64,000 nucleotides of DNA. Source: Candidatus Woesearchaeota archaeon. Lineage in GTDB: Archaea; Nanobdellota; Nanobdellia; SCGC-AAA011-G17; JAGVZF01. The stretch covers positions 11,255 to 75,254 of the forward strand of contig CAZJUI010000003.1 of the NCBI GenBank assembly GCA_964549185.1, given 5' to 3'. The notes below the pieces were generated by a model, which was not told where the DNA came from, did no database searches, and was given only the letters and a program-made list of their open reading frames with translations. Shown here one piece after another: positions 40,541 to 50,186 of the stretch (position 1 is the first letter of the stretch; each line of letters begins with the position of its first letter). Both the position numbers and the translations under genes were made by a program.

Positions 40541-41011
40541 TTAATCACTTAAACTTGTAATTAAATACATTTTTACAGGATCTGGTATTCCTACAATGGA
40601 AAGTTTTTCCTTTAATTTTAATATATCATCATATGGTTTTATTTCATCCACACTTCCACCATCGCTTAAGTCTTTGTTTATGATTTTTTTTCCTATAATT
40701 GCACCACGAATGCCATTACTATCTCTACTCAATACATAAGCTTCTAATTCATTATCTTCTAACAATTCAAGATATTCTAAATCTACTAAATTTTCTATAC
40801 CATCAGTTATTTTTTCTCTATATCTTAAATCACTTCCACAATCACTACAAAATCTTTTCCCTTTAGTATTTGGAACTTTATCCTTTTCACAAACATCTCT
40901 AATTTTTTCTTGATATTTAGCTCCAAAAATATGCATTGCTCTACTTTCTTTTAACATTGCTCCGACATATACTGTTGCACCATAATCTACTCCCATTTTA
41001 TTACCCCCCAC
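40541..41011 (-). CDS. Hypothetical protein, last gene of the four-gene operon
   Basis: 156 aa, CSDCGS motif, otherwise unrecognised. Confidence 0.35.
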   Translation of the reverse strand: MGGNKMGVDYGATVYVGAMLKESRAMHIFGAKYQEKIRDVCEKDKVPNTKGKRFCSDCGSDLRYREKITDGIENLVDLEYLELLEDNELEAYVLSRDSNGIRGAIIGKKIINKDLSDGGSVDEIKPYDDILKLKEKLSIVGIPDPVKMYLITSLSD

Positions 41012-41053
41012 TAATTATATTCTTTGATATATACTTTAGAAAACCTTTTAAAT

Positions 41054-41578
41054 CTATTGTTTAGCTAATCTTAATGCTTCTTCACATGTTTCTTCCAAAG
41101 AATTCATAATAACTTTATCTGGAATATCTATTGATAGATCATACTTTAATGTATCTAACTCTGAAAACTTTCCATCACTCCCAACACAAAATCTAATTGA
41201 TTTATCATATCTATAAGCAGTTGTCCAATCTCCTAATTCTTTTCTAGTCATTGCAGCATAAGATTTTTCACAACTATGTTCTACCTCTCCAGGCAACCAA
41301 AATAATATAGCTCCTGTTTTTGATGCTCTCTCTAAATAATGTTTTTCCCATGCACGTTGTCTAGGAAAATTATTATCATCTCCGTTTAAAATATATGCAG
41401 CTATATTCTCTCTTATCCCCCTCCTTGGAGATGCTACAGTAAGTTGAGAATCTATAGCAAATAATATTCTTATTGCTTCATCTTGCCAAAGTGGAGCACC
41501 TTTAATCGGACCTGCTAAAAATATAAGAGGACTTTCAACATTATCCACATAAGTCTTTGGAATAATAACGCCTGCCAT
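41054..41578 (-). CDS. Nucleoside 2-deoxyribosyltransferase-like (NDT/Rcl-fold) protein
   Basis: 174 aa. LIFLAGPIKGAPLWQDE matches the NDT-family Rossmann start, with a downstream conserved Glu. GC is slightly higher than the surroundings. Confidence 0.45.
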   Translation of the reverse strand: MAGVIIPKTYVDNVESPLIFLAGPIKGAPLWQDEAIRILFAIDSQLTVASPRRGIRENIAAYILNGDDNNFPRQRAWEKHYLERASKTGAILFWLPGEVEHSCEKSYAAMTRKELGDWTTAYRYDKSIRFCVGSDGKFSELDTLKYDLSIDIPDKVIMNSLEETCEEALRLAKQ

Positions 41579-41612
41579 AATTCTTAATTACAAGAAAAAC
41601 TTTTAAATCTAT

Positions 41613-41876
41613 CTAAATAGTCATAGGCGTTATCCACAATCTCCGTTCTTCTCTTTGATAATTTTTATATTCTCTTTCTGTCAAAGGGATATCATAAAGC
41701 CCACAATTTTGACAATACATACCACGAACTAAGTGAGTAAAACCAGTATCCTCTACTTTCCGATAAATACCATACAATTCTTTGGAGTTTGGATGGTTCC
41801 TTGCTTTACATTTTCTAGCTAATTCCTCATGTTCTTTACATGCTTCAAGCAATCTTTCAACCAATGATTTATCCAT
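41613..41876 (-). CDS. Hypothetical small Cys-containing protein
   Basis: 87 aa, CQNCG. Confidence 0.35.
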   Translation of the reverse strand: MDKSLVERLLEACKEHEELARKCKARNHPNSKELYGIYRKVEDTGFTHLVRGMYCQNCGLYDIPLTEREYKNYQREERRLWITPMTI

Positions 41877-41891
41877 ATTCTTCTTTAATAA

Positions 41892-42725
41892 CTAAAAACT
41901 TTTAAACCTTTCTTTTTTTCTATAAACATTCACCTTATCATTAGGATCATGAATAATAGAAGCTAAATGTTCATCTAAATCAAAATTCTTTCCTTTTAAT
42001 GGTTTTAATTTAAAATTATTAATATTATCTATTATTGTTTTTACAACTTTTGTTTTAGCATTACTCTTTATTTTCTTTACATCTCCTTCATGAATACCTC
42101 TACTTCTATTATCGCTTATTATTAAGATTCCAGCTGCTCTTATTCCAATTTCTTTTGCTCTTGAAAGACAGGAAGCCAATTCCATCTCAACTGTTAAAGG
42201 ATTAATTTTCTTATACTCTTTATTATCATGAGGTAATTGAAACGAAACAGCAGGTACAGATATGTTATTTCCATTAACAAACTTTATTTTCTTTTTATTA
42301 AACAAACTTTCTACTTTATTCTTTAATTCCTTATCAGGTAAAGACATTTTCTTATCTAATCTTATTCCATGATAAATTCCATCAAAATGATAAGATTGAT
42401 TAGGCACTACAACACTTCCAATATTAATATTCTTAAAACCACCATAAGCATATCCAACAAATATTATTGTTCTACATCCTCCATCATGCATCTCAGTCAT
42501 CACATCTATCATTGCAGGAGCTCCATAAACATTAAACACAATAGGATAATCTACATTTCCTTTTCTAGCTAAATAAGCATGATAAACAGAATCTTTAAAA
42601 TTTAAAGTTTTATCAAAAAAACTTAAAACTTTCTTTTCAAATTCTTTTTTATTAGTTCCAGCCATAACTATTCCTATACTTCCAATCTTTTCTTTTCCAA
42701 ATAATGATTTTGCCCAGTGTCCCAT
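41892..42725 (-). CDS. PNP/UDP-family nucleoside phosphorylase-like protein
   Basis: 277 aa. VYGAPAMIDVMTEMHDGGCRTIIFVGYAYGG and VEMELASCL resemble the purine/uridine/MTA phosphorylase fold. Confidence 0.5.
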   Translation of the reverse strand: MGHWAKSLFGKEKIGSIGIVMAGTNKKEFEKKVLSFFDKTLNFKDSVYHAYLARKGNVDYPIVFNVYGAPAMIDVMTEMHDGGCRTIIFVGYAYGGFKNINIGSVVVPNQSYHFDGIYHGIRLDKKMSLPDKELKNKVESLFNKKKIKFVNGNNISVPAVSFQLPHDNKEYKKINPLTVEMELASCLSRAKEIGIRAAGILIISDNRSRGIHEGDVKKIKSNAKTKVVKTIIDNINNFKLKPLKGKNFDLDEHLASIIHDPNDKVNVYRKKERFKSF

Positions 42726-42802
42726 ACAATTAAATTTTACTTAGTTAATATATATCTTTCGTAATTCACAATCTATATAAGCAACTTAATTTTATTATCT
42801 TT

Positions 42803-43183
42803 ATGGATGAACATCAACATCACGAAGAGCTTGTTAATGGCTTATTTAATCAGTTAAAGCCTTTATTTGAGAATTCTAATCAAGCTATCTATATTTACCT
42901 AGATGATACTCATAAGAAATGCAATAAGAAATTTGCTTCTCTTCTTGGATATAAATCAGCTTCTGAGATTGATAACATAGAAGATTCTTTTCTAGATACC
43001 TTAGTTTCAAAAGGAAGTCAAAAATTATTAGCTAATACTTATAAAAATGCAATGGAAAAGTTAATAGGCTCAACAATCAAAGTTACATTTAAGAAAAAAG
43101 GTAAAGGAGAGGTTAAAACAACTGTTATCTTGGTTCCAATAGTTTATAATAATCATTTGTTTGCTTTACATTTTATTTCTTAA
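42803..43183 (+). CDS. Hypothetical protein
   Basis: 126 aa. Confidence 0.35.
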   Translation: MDEHQHHEELVNGLFNQLKPLFENSNQAIYIYLDDTHKKCNKKFASLLGYKSASEIDNIEDSFLDTLVSKGSQKLLANTYKNAMEKLIGSTIKVTFKKKGKGEVKTTVILVPIVYNNHLFALHFIS

Positions 43184-43200
43184 AGAATTATATTAATGAA

Positions 43201-43575
43201 CTATTTCTTTTTCTTGAGTTCATAATCAGATTCAGATTTAATTATATACCTTGTGCCGTTTAAATTAAGCATTATTCCATTACGATTCCAACGAAATAAT
43301 TTTCCATTTGGATGACCGTTTTCAGACGTAGTAGGGTAAACTTCTTCTATCCTAGAGAGTGGTTCAGGTTCAATTATAATAGCTCCAGTAACAATCTGTC
43401 GTGATACTTGTAATTGGCCTGCCATATAAGAAATCCCATAATCAGCATCTATAAATTTCCTTATCCCATCTTCTAATGCACTAAGTTCTTCTGGACTTCC
43501 TGCTACAAATTTTACAATATTAGAAAGCTTCTTTTTCTCAACTTCCAAAGTCATTTTTTCTAAACTATTTGACAT
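43201..43575 (-). CDS. Hypothetical protein
   Basis: 124 aa. Confidence 0.35.
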   Translation of the reverse strand: MSNSLEKMTLEVEKKKLSNIVKFVAGSPEELSALEDGIRKFIDADYGISYMAGQLQVSRQIVTGAIIIEPEPLSRIEEVYPTTSENGHPNGKLFRWNRNGIMLNLNGTRYIIKSESDYELKKKK

Positions 43576-43682
43576 TTTTATATTTTAAGTATAGGGCATA
43601 AGTTTTTAATCTTTTCTATAAGGGTCCTAAAAACCAAAAACTTTATATACACCTGCCGTATACACACATAAAGTATACAAAA

Positions 43683-44024
43683 ATGGACATCTTCAACACA
43701 ACAATATTATGCGATAATTGTAATAAAGTAACACAAAAGATAATAATAGATAAAGATAACTTTAAAATAAGAGCAGCTAAATGTAATGATTGTAATAAAA
43801 CATGGTATCATCCTACTGATTTAAAAGAATATGAAGAATTCCAAAAATTCAAAGAAAAAAATTATAAAGTTAAGTTAAGAATGGTAGGTAATTCATATTG
43901 TGTCTCAATACCAAGAGAAATAATAAATTACTTTGAACAAGAAAACATTCAAGAATTCATTAACTTACAAATGCAAAATCCAAGAACAGTAAGTATTATA
44001 TTCACAAAAAGAATAAGGAAATAA
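43683..44024 (+). CDS. Zinc-ribbon plus AbrB/SpoVT-like swapped-hairpin protein
   Basis: 113 aa. CDNCN...CNDCN, then [18 protein letters not shown]. Confidence 0.45.
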   Translation: MDIFNTTILCDNCNKVTQKIIIDKDNFKIRAAKCNDCNKTWYHPTDLKEYEEFQKFKEKNYKVKLRMVGNSYCVSIPREIINYFEQENIQEFINLQMQNPRTVSIIFTKRIRK

Positions 44025-44025
44025 A

Positions 44026-47000
44026 ATGGAAACTCAACTAAAAGTAATGGAAGCTTTACAAGAAGAAGCTTACAAAGGTATTGTAAGAATAGATTCTGAA
44101 ACAATGCATTTAATTGGAGTCCATGCAGGAGATATAGTTGAGATAGAAGGAGAAAGAACAACAGTCGGAATTGTAGATAGAGCTTATCCCACAGATGTTG
44201 GATCTCAAGTTATTAGAATGGATGGAATTTTAAGAAGAAATGCTAAAACATCTATTGGTGAAGCTGTAAAAGTAAGAAAAGCAGAAGTTAAAGAAGCTAA
44301 AACATTAATTATTGCACCTGCTCAAACAGGCATTACAGTCCAGGCAAATCCTGAATTATTTAAACGTGGATTATTGGGAAGAGCTGTTACTAAAGGAGAT
44401 ATTGTAGCTTTAGGTGGAACAAGAAGAAGAAGAAAAACAATGTCAGACTCTCCATTCTTTGATGATATATTTAATGTATTTGAAAATGATTTTATGGGAA
44501 GTTTCGGTCTTGGATCATTAAAGTTTGTTGTTGTTGACAGTAATCCAAAAAGCGCAGTTGTTATTACTGAAAATACTGAACTAACTTTAAGTTCAAAAGC
44601 TCAAGAGGTTATTGAAGAAAAAATTCCGGATGTTACATATGAAGATCTTGGTGGTTTAGAAGAGGAAGTTAAAAAGATTAGAGAAATGGTTGAACTTCCA
44701 TTAAAACATCCTGAGATATTTGCAAGACTTGGAATTGAACCTCCAGCAGGAGTTTTACTTTACGGTCCTCCTGGAACAGGAAAAACATTATTGGCAAAAG
44801 CTGTTGCAAATGAGTCAGATGCAAATTTTATTTTAATTAACGGTCCTGAAATAATGTGCGTTTCAGGAGAAACTCAGATATTAACAAATCCTAAAGGTTA
44901 TATCAAAGCTGAAAAGATTTATGAAGAAAAGGGTAAAACAGAAGATATAGGAAATCATAAAGTTAAAAAATTAGAAAATCCAATTAGCACCTTTTCTTTT
45001 AAAAATGGAAATATAGAGAAAGGCCATATAACTCATATTACTATATTAAACGCAAATTCCTATAAATTAAAAATAAGTGATTAAAACAATATAACAGCAT
45101 CTGAAAATCAGCCATTTTTAGCCTATGATAATGGTAATCTAACATGGAAAACTGTTAAGAATCTTAAAAAAGGAGATTATATAGCAAGATTAAATAAAAT
45201 AGGTTTAGAAGAAAAAAGCAAAGAATTTTCTTTAGATGATTTTAAAAAGAAATTAAAGATTAAAGAAAGCAAAGGAAGATTTGTAATAAATAGCAGAAAC
45301 CTATCAAGAAGCAATTATATTAATTTTCCTAAAAAAACCTCTCCTGAACTTTTGGAAATTCTTGGATTATTGCTTTCTGACGGAAATATCTCAAAGAAAA
45401 AAGATTCGATTGGCTTTTACAATAAAGATAAGCTTCTTATTGATAGATTTAAATATTTAATGGAAAAAGTTTTTGAAATTGATAATTTTAAGAAAAAAAA
45501 TGATGAAAGTTGCCCAGGAGTCATAATTTATTCCAAGCTTTTGGTAGAATATCTTAAATTAATCGGCTTTACAAATGAAAACAAAGAAAATATTCCATCA
45601 TACTTCTATACTCTTCCTAAAGACGAAATAAGAACTTTCATAAAAGGATATCTTGATGGAGATGGCACAGTTTCTATACTAAAAATCAAAGGAATGGAAT
45701 ACCCAACTCCGATTTTATATAGCGTAAAGAGAGATTTCTTGAATCAATTACAGTCTTTAATGTTATTGAAATTAGGCATTCAAACAAAGTTGCGCGAACA
45801 CAATACTAAAAAGGGATTAATATATGGACTTGTTGTAAGGGGAAATGAAGGAAGGATAAAATTCCTGGAAATTGGTGCAACAAGTAAACATAAATTAAAA
45901 AGATTGAATGAAATAAAAAAAGTTACAAGAGTCAAGGAACATGAGAATATTCCACACCCATCTATTTTAATAAATGCCATAAGAAAAAAATTATTTTATA
46001 AGGAATTCAGAAACAAAGATTATTACATCTATAAAACAGGAAAAGCAACGAAGCATTCATTAAATATTTTATATGATCTAGCTTCAAAGAAAGGAATTTT
46101 AACAAATGATATCAAAAAAGAATTTGAGCTTCTTTCAAGAGATGATATTGGTTGGGAAAGAATAGAAGATATAACTTTTGATGGTAAAAAAGACCTATAT
46201 GATTTCACTGTTGATAAAGACAGCTTTACTGCATCACCTTATTTCCTACTACACAATAGTAAATTTTATGGCGAGTCAGAAAAGAAGGTTCGCCAAATTT
46301 TTGAAGATGCAGAAAAATCAGCTCCATCAATAATTTTCATAGATGAGATAGATGCTATCGCTCCAAAAAGAGAAGATTCTCGAGGAGAGGTTGAAAGAAG
46401 AGTGGTTGCACAATTATTAACAATGATGTCTGGACTTAAAGATAGAAAGAATGTTATAGTCATTGGTGCAACTAATAGACCAAATTCAATTGATCCTGCC
46501 TTAAGAAGACCAGGAAGATTTGACAGGGAAATATCAATTAGAGTTCCAGACAAAAAAGGAAGATTAGAAATCTTAAAGATTCACACAAGAAACATGCCTC
46601 TGACAGAGGATGTTAAACTAGATAAAATAGCAGAGGTCACTCATGGATTTGTAGGAGCTGACTTAAGTGCTTTGGCAAAAGAAGCTGCAATGAGCGTATT
46701 AAGAAAAATACTTCCAGAATTAAATTTACAACAAAAAACAAAAATTCCAGACGAAGTATTAGAAAAATTAAGAGTTACAGATGATGATTTTAAAACAGCA
46801 TTAAAAATTGTACGTCCATCTGCAATAAGGGAAGTTTTAGTTGAATCTCCGAATGTTAAATGGCTTGATATTGGCGGTTTAGAAGAATTAAAGGAAGAAT
46901 TGAAAGAAGCAGTTGAATGGCCATTAAAACATGCAGAAGCTTTCAAGAGAATGGGAATAAGACCAGCTCGTGGAATTTTAATGTACGGTCCTCCTGGAAC

Positions 47001-47703
47001 AGGTAAAACATTATTGGCAAAGGCTGTAGCAAGTGAAGCTGAAGCTAATTTTATTCAAGTTAAAGGTCCATCATTGATAAATATGTTCGTGGGCGAGTCG
47101 GAACGTGGAATTAGACAGATATTTGAAAAAGCAAGACAAGTTTCTCCTTGTATTATTTTCTTTGATGAAATAGATTCAATTGCTTCTAGAAGAGGAAGCG
47201 AAATTGGAACAAAAGTTACAGAAAGAATGGTTAACACAATGTTAGCAGAAATGGATGGATTGCAAGAATTAAATGATGTTGTTGTTATAGCAGCAACTAA
47301 TCGTCCAGACATGATTGATCCTGCTTTATTAAGACCAGGAAGATTTGATCGAATTATTAACACAACAATCCCAGACAAAAAATCTAGATTAGAAATCTTA
47401 AAGATTCACACAAAAGGAATGCCATTAACAAAAGAAGTTAAACTTGAAAAATTAGCTGAACTAACTGAGAACTATGTCGGAGCAGATATAGAAGCTGTTT
47501 GTAGAGAAGCTGCAATGTTAGCTTTGCGTGAAAGCATAAAAGCAAAAGATATTACAATGAAACATTTTGAACAAGCTTTAACAAGAATTAAACCTTCAAT
47601 ATTTGAAGAAGATCTTAAACGTTATCAAGAAATAGAAGAAGAATATATAAGAAAAGCAAAAGCTGGACAGTTAAAGAAAGAAAAGCAAGTTTATTTTGGT
47701 TAA
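44026..47703 (+). CDS. cdc48: Cdc48/VCP-like AAA+ ATPase (N domain, D1, D2) with one intein in D1; frame interrupted by a single in-frame TAA at 45082-45084
   Basis: ORFs 44026..45084 and 45352..47703 share a frame and the 267 nt between them has no stop. D1 Walker A GPPGTGKT is followed by GPEIM|C(intein)...LLHN|SKFYGESE. D2 again has GPPGTGKT and the SRH. Confidence 0.75.
44857..46257 (+). mobile_element. Intein (467 aa) with a LAGLIDADG homing-endonuclease domain in cdc48
   Basis: Begins [10 protein letters not shown] (block A), contains [11 protein letters not shown] and YLDGDGT (LAGLIDADG), ends FLLHN followed by Ser+1. The flanks rejoin to the conserved [13 protein letters not shown]. 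Confidence 0.75.
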
Positions 47704-48176
47704 AGTGCTACATCAAATTCATGATCCATATACCAACCGATAACTTTTTTTTCATCAGAAGACATTGAAGCAAATCTTTTATAAAATCCCCTTAAATTAA
47801 TTTTATAATTTAACCCATCTAAACATTTTTCAGTTAAACCCATAGGGACATTCCCAAATGTTACACTTGTTCCAGTAACATTTAAAATTTTTTCAGGGTG
47901 ATTAAAGGATAATAAACCTCCACCTAAGCATAATTCTGGTGTCTCAAATGGTTTATGTAAATCTTCTAGAAAAGATAAAATAGAACTATGGCTTACATTA
48001 TCAATAGTTGCGCTATCTAAACTTGAAACATATAATAATCCATATAATCTTACTTTATCTTCTCCAATAAGATTAACAACAAATTTTCCTACATTATATT
48101 TTTCAAATTCAGTTTCAATACGGGTTGTAGGATCAAAACTTACAATTAAAGGCGGTTGATAAATAATTTCTGTCAT
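47700..48176 (-). CDS. Hypothetical protein
   Basis: 158 aa. Overlaps the cdc48 stop by 4 nt. Confidence 0.4.
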   Translation of the reverse strand: MTEIIYQPPLIVSFDPTTRIETEFEKYNVGKFVVNLIGEDKVRLYGLLYVSSLDSATIDNVSHSSILSFLEDLHKPFETPELCLGGGLLSFNHPEKILNVTGTSVTFGNVPMGLTEKCLDGLNYKINLRGFYKRFASMSSDEKKVIGWYMDHEFDVAL

Positions 48177-48212
48177 AAAAATTAAAACATAGAAAAACTT
48201 ATAAAACTAACC

Positions 48213-48671
48213 TTAAAGACCCATCATATCATATTCTTCAAACTTATAAACTTTTAAATTTATCACAACTTTCCAGTCAGCTATTAATTCTTTAAACTCA
48301 TGTCTTATTTTTCTTGAAACTTCCTCTAAATCTTCGCTGTTCTTTGCTATAATAACACAAGTTAAGTCATAATCTCCTATTATTGATATTAATTCAACTA
48401 TTCTTGGATGACTTTTCAAATGACTAATAAATTTCTTTAATTCTAATTCTCCAATATTATGCAATTTTATTTGTACATTAGCAACTAAATCATATCCAAT
48501 TTTTTTAGGATCAACTAAAGTTCTATGATGAGCTATTCCATTATTAACTAACTTTTTCATTCTCTTATGAGTTGAATCTATTGATAGATTAAGAGCTTTA
48601 GCTAAGTTTGTCAAAGATTCTCTTCCATTGTCTTGTAATATGTTTAATAACTTTTTATCTTTATTATCCAT
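48213..48671 (-). CDS. Lrp/AsnC-family transcriptional regulator
   Basis: 152 aa. LLNILQDNGRESLTNLAKALNLSIDSTHKRMKKL HTH plus a C-terminal RAM domain. Confidence 0.75.
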   Translation of the reverse strand: MDNKDKKLLNILQDNGRESLTNLAKALNLSIDSTHKRMKKLVNNGIAHHRTLVDPKKIGYDLVANVQIKLHNIGELELKKFISHLKSHPRIVELISIIGDYDLTCVIIAKNSEDLEEVSRKIRHEFKELIADWKVVINLKVYKFEEYDMMGL

Positions 48672-48784
48672 CTATCTTAATAATTAAGACTAGTATATAA
48701 AACTTTCGTAAAAATTTAAGAGAAAACTATAGATAAGCTTATTAATAAGGAATACATTACTATATAGTAATAAATAATTAAGAA

Positions 48785-49057
48785 ATGGAGGAAAAGAAAA
48801 TGGAAAAACTATATAAAAAAATTGTTGGAAATTCAGAACCTAGACTAGATGACTATCTCAAAGTAGGTGGGTATCTTATTGGAGGAGCATTGTCCATGGT
48901 TGGATATGCGATGAAAGACGTAAGAATAGCAACTGCAGGGTTTAGTATGATGGCTGCTTCAACAGGTTATATTTATGGAAAAAGAACTGGAAGAGAGCAA
49001 ACAAAAAAAGAATTTAAAGAAATTAAACTTGAAGAAGTTGTTTTAGCGGAAGAATAA
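48785..49057 (+). CDS. Small Gly/Ala-rich hydrophobic peptide with a double-glycine-like leader (possible precursor peptide)
   Basis: 90 aa. ...EPRLDDYLKVGG|YLIGGALSMVGYAMKDVRIATAGFSMMAASTGYIYGKR... The C39-like peptidase gene starts 45 nt downstream. Confidence 0.4.
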   Translation: MEEKKMEKLYKKIVGNSEPRLDDYLKVGGYLIGGALSMVGYAMKDVRIATAGFSMMAASTGYIYGKRTGREQTKKEFKEIKLEEVVLAEE

Positions 49058-49101
49058 ATAAAATTTTTATTATTTTTTAATAAAAAGATATATCATAAAA
49101 A

Positions 49102-49524
49102 ATGGAAGCACTAGAATCAATCACCCAAAAAGATGATTTTGGATGTGGAATAGCTTGCGTAGCATTTATTTGCAACGTTAGTTATGATCACGCTAAGAAT
49201 AGATATTTTAAATTTCCAGAAGATGCAGAATCAATAGGATTTTATTGTAGAGATTTAGTTTACAGTCTATCAAAAGCAGAAAAAAATTATAAATATAAAT
49301 ATCATAAAAGAAAAATGCAATGGAAAGAGGGGATGATAATTTATATTAAAAGATCTAAAAAGCATCCTGCAGGACATTATTTAGTTAGAACAAAAAATGG
49401 TTGGATGGATCCTTGGATAAATTTTGATAGATTAAATGAAAAAACAAATAATGTAAAGAATGCGAGATCCGGATTTCGACAGAGATTACCAGGAACTCCA
49501 CAATATGTTATTTATCCAGTATAA
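49102..49524 (+). CDS. Standalone peptidase C39-like (papain-fold) domain protein
   Basis: 140 aa. Q9...GCG(C15)IACVAFI, H92 in PAGHYLV and D103 in WMDPW match C39 Gln/Cys/His/Asp spacing. Confidence 0.5.
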   Translation: MEALESITQKDDFGCGIACVAFICNVSYDHAKNRYFKFPEDAESIGFYCRDLVYSLSKAEKNYKYKYHKRKMQWKEGMIIYIKRSKKHPAGHYLVRTKNGWMDPWINFDRLNEKTNNVKNARSGFRQRLPGTPQYVIYPV

Positions 49525-49526
49525 AA

Positions 49527-50186
49527 CTAACCAATCAACTTTATCTTATCACTCTTTGGCATGAAAACTTCACCTTCTTTTACTAAATCATTTAATATAT
49601 TATAAAATTCATCTCTCTTTAACTTGCTTTCACTTAACACATTATTAATATCAGCTCCATTTTCATTTGAAAGTTTCTCAATAATACTTATTATCTTGCT
49701 TCTTCCGCTTGAACTAACATTTTCAATCTTAATCTCTTCTATTTTCTCTTCGAACACTTGATTAACTTTCTCAGTTGGTTTTCCATAAATTTTTAATAAC
49801 TCATATTTTCTTATCAAATAAAGATTAGGATCAACTTTCTTAACAATTTCAGGAACAATATAATTTTCATCATTATAATTCTTAACCTTCCCAATAACAT
49901 TTACTATGCTTCCAATTTCTAAAGGATCTAAAAACCTAACATCTTCCTTCCAAGTTTTAACCCTTATTGTATTGCTTCCATCATCTAGAGTTATAGAAAT
50001 AAAACTTTTATCCTCATTTTCATTTTTAGCTACAACAACAGCCATTAAATTTACCCTAGAAACATTATTCTCCTTAAAACTAAAATAATTTATTCCAAAC
50101 TCTCCTTCTTGTTTTTCAATCTTTCCATTAACAATATCATTAATCCAAAGCTTGTAAGCAGTCTGTCTTTTCTGTATAGTTTCCAT
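49527..50186 (-). CDS. OB-fold (RPA-like) nucleic-acid-binding protein co-transcribed with mcm
   Basis: 219 aa. VNLMAVVVAKNENEDKSFISITLDDGSNTIRVKTW OB-fold pattern. Starts 1 nt after the mcm stop. Confidence 0.5.
   Translation of the reverse strand: METIQKRQTAYKLWINDIVNGKIEKQEGEFGINYFSFKENNVSRVNLMAVVVAKNENEDKSFISITLDDGSNTIRVKTWKEDVRFLDPLEIGSIVNVIGKVKNYNDENYIVPEIVKKVDPNLYLIRKYELLKIYGKPTEKVNQVFEEKIEEIKIENVSSSGRSKIISIIEKLSNENGADINNVLSESKLKRDEFYNILNDLVKEGEVFMPKSDKIKLIG

Noticed and set aside
46266-47378. Three minus-strand ORFs (95-107 aa) inside cdc48 D2
   Set aside because: Antisense to a highly conserved AAA+ domain; Ser/Ile-rich artefacts.
44026-47703. Interpreting cdc48 as two separate genes with a naturally split (trans-splicing) intein
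   Set aside because: Only one in-frame stop separates the parts and the 89 codons after it are stop-free and intein-like; this fits a point change, not an old gene split.
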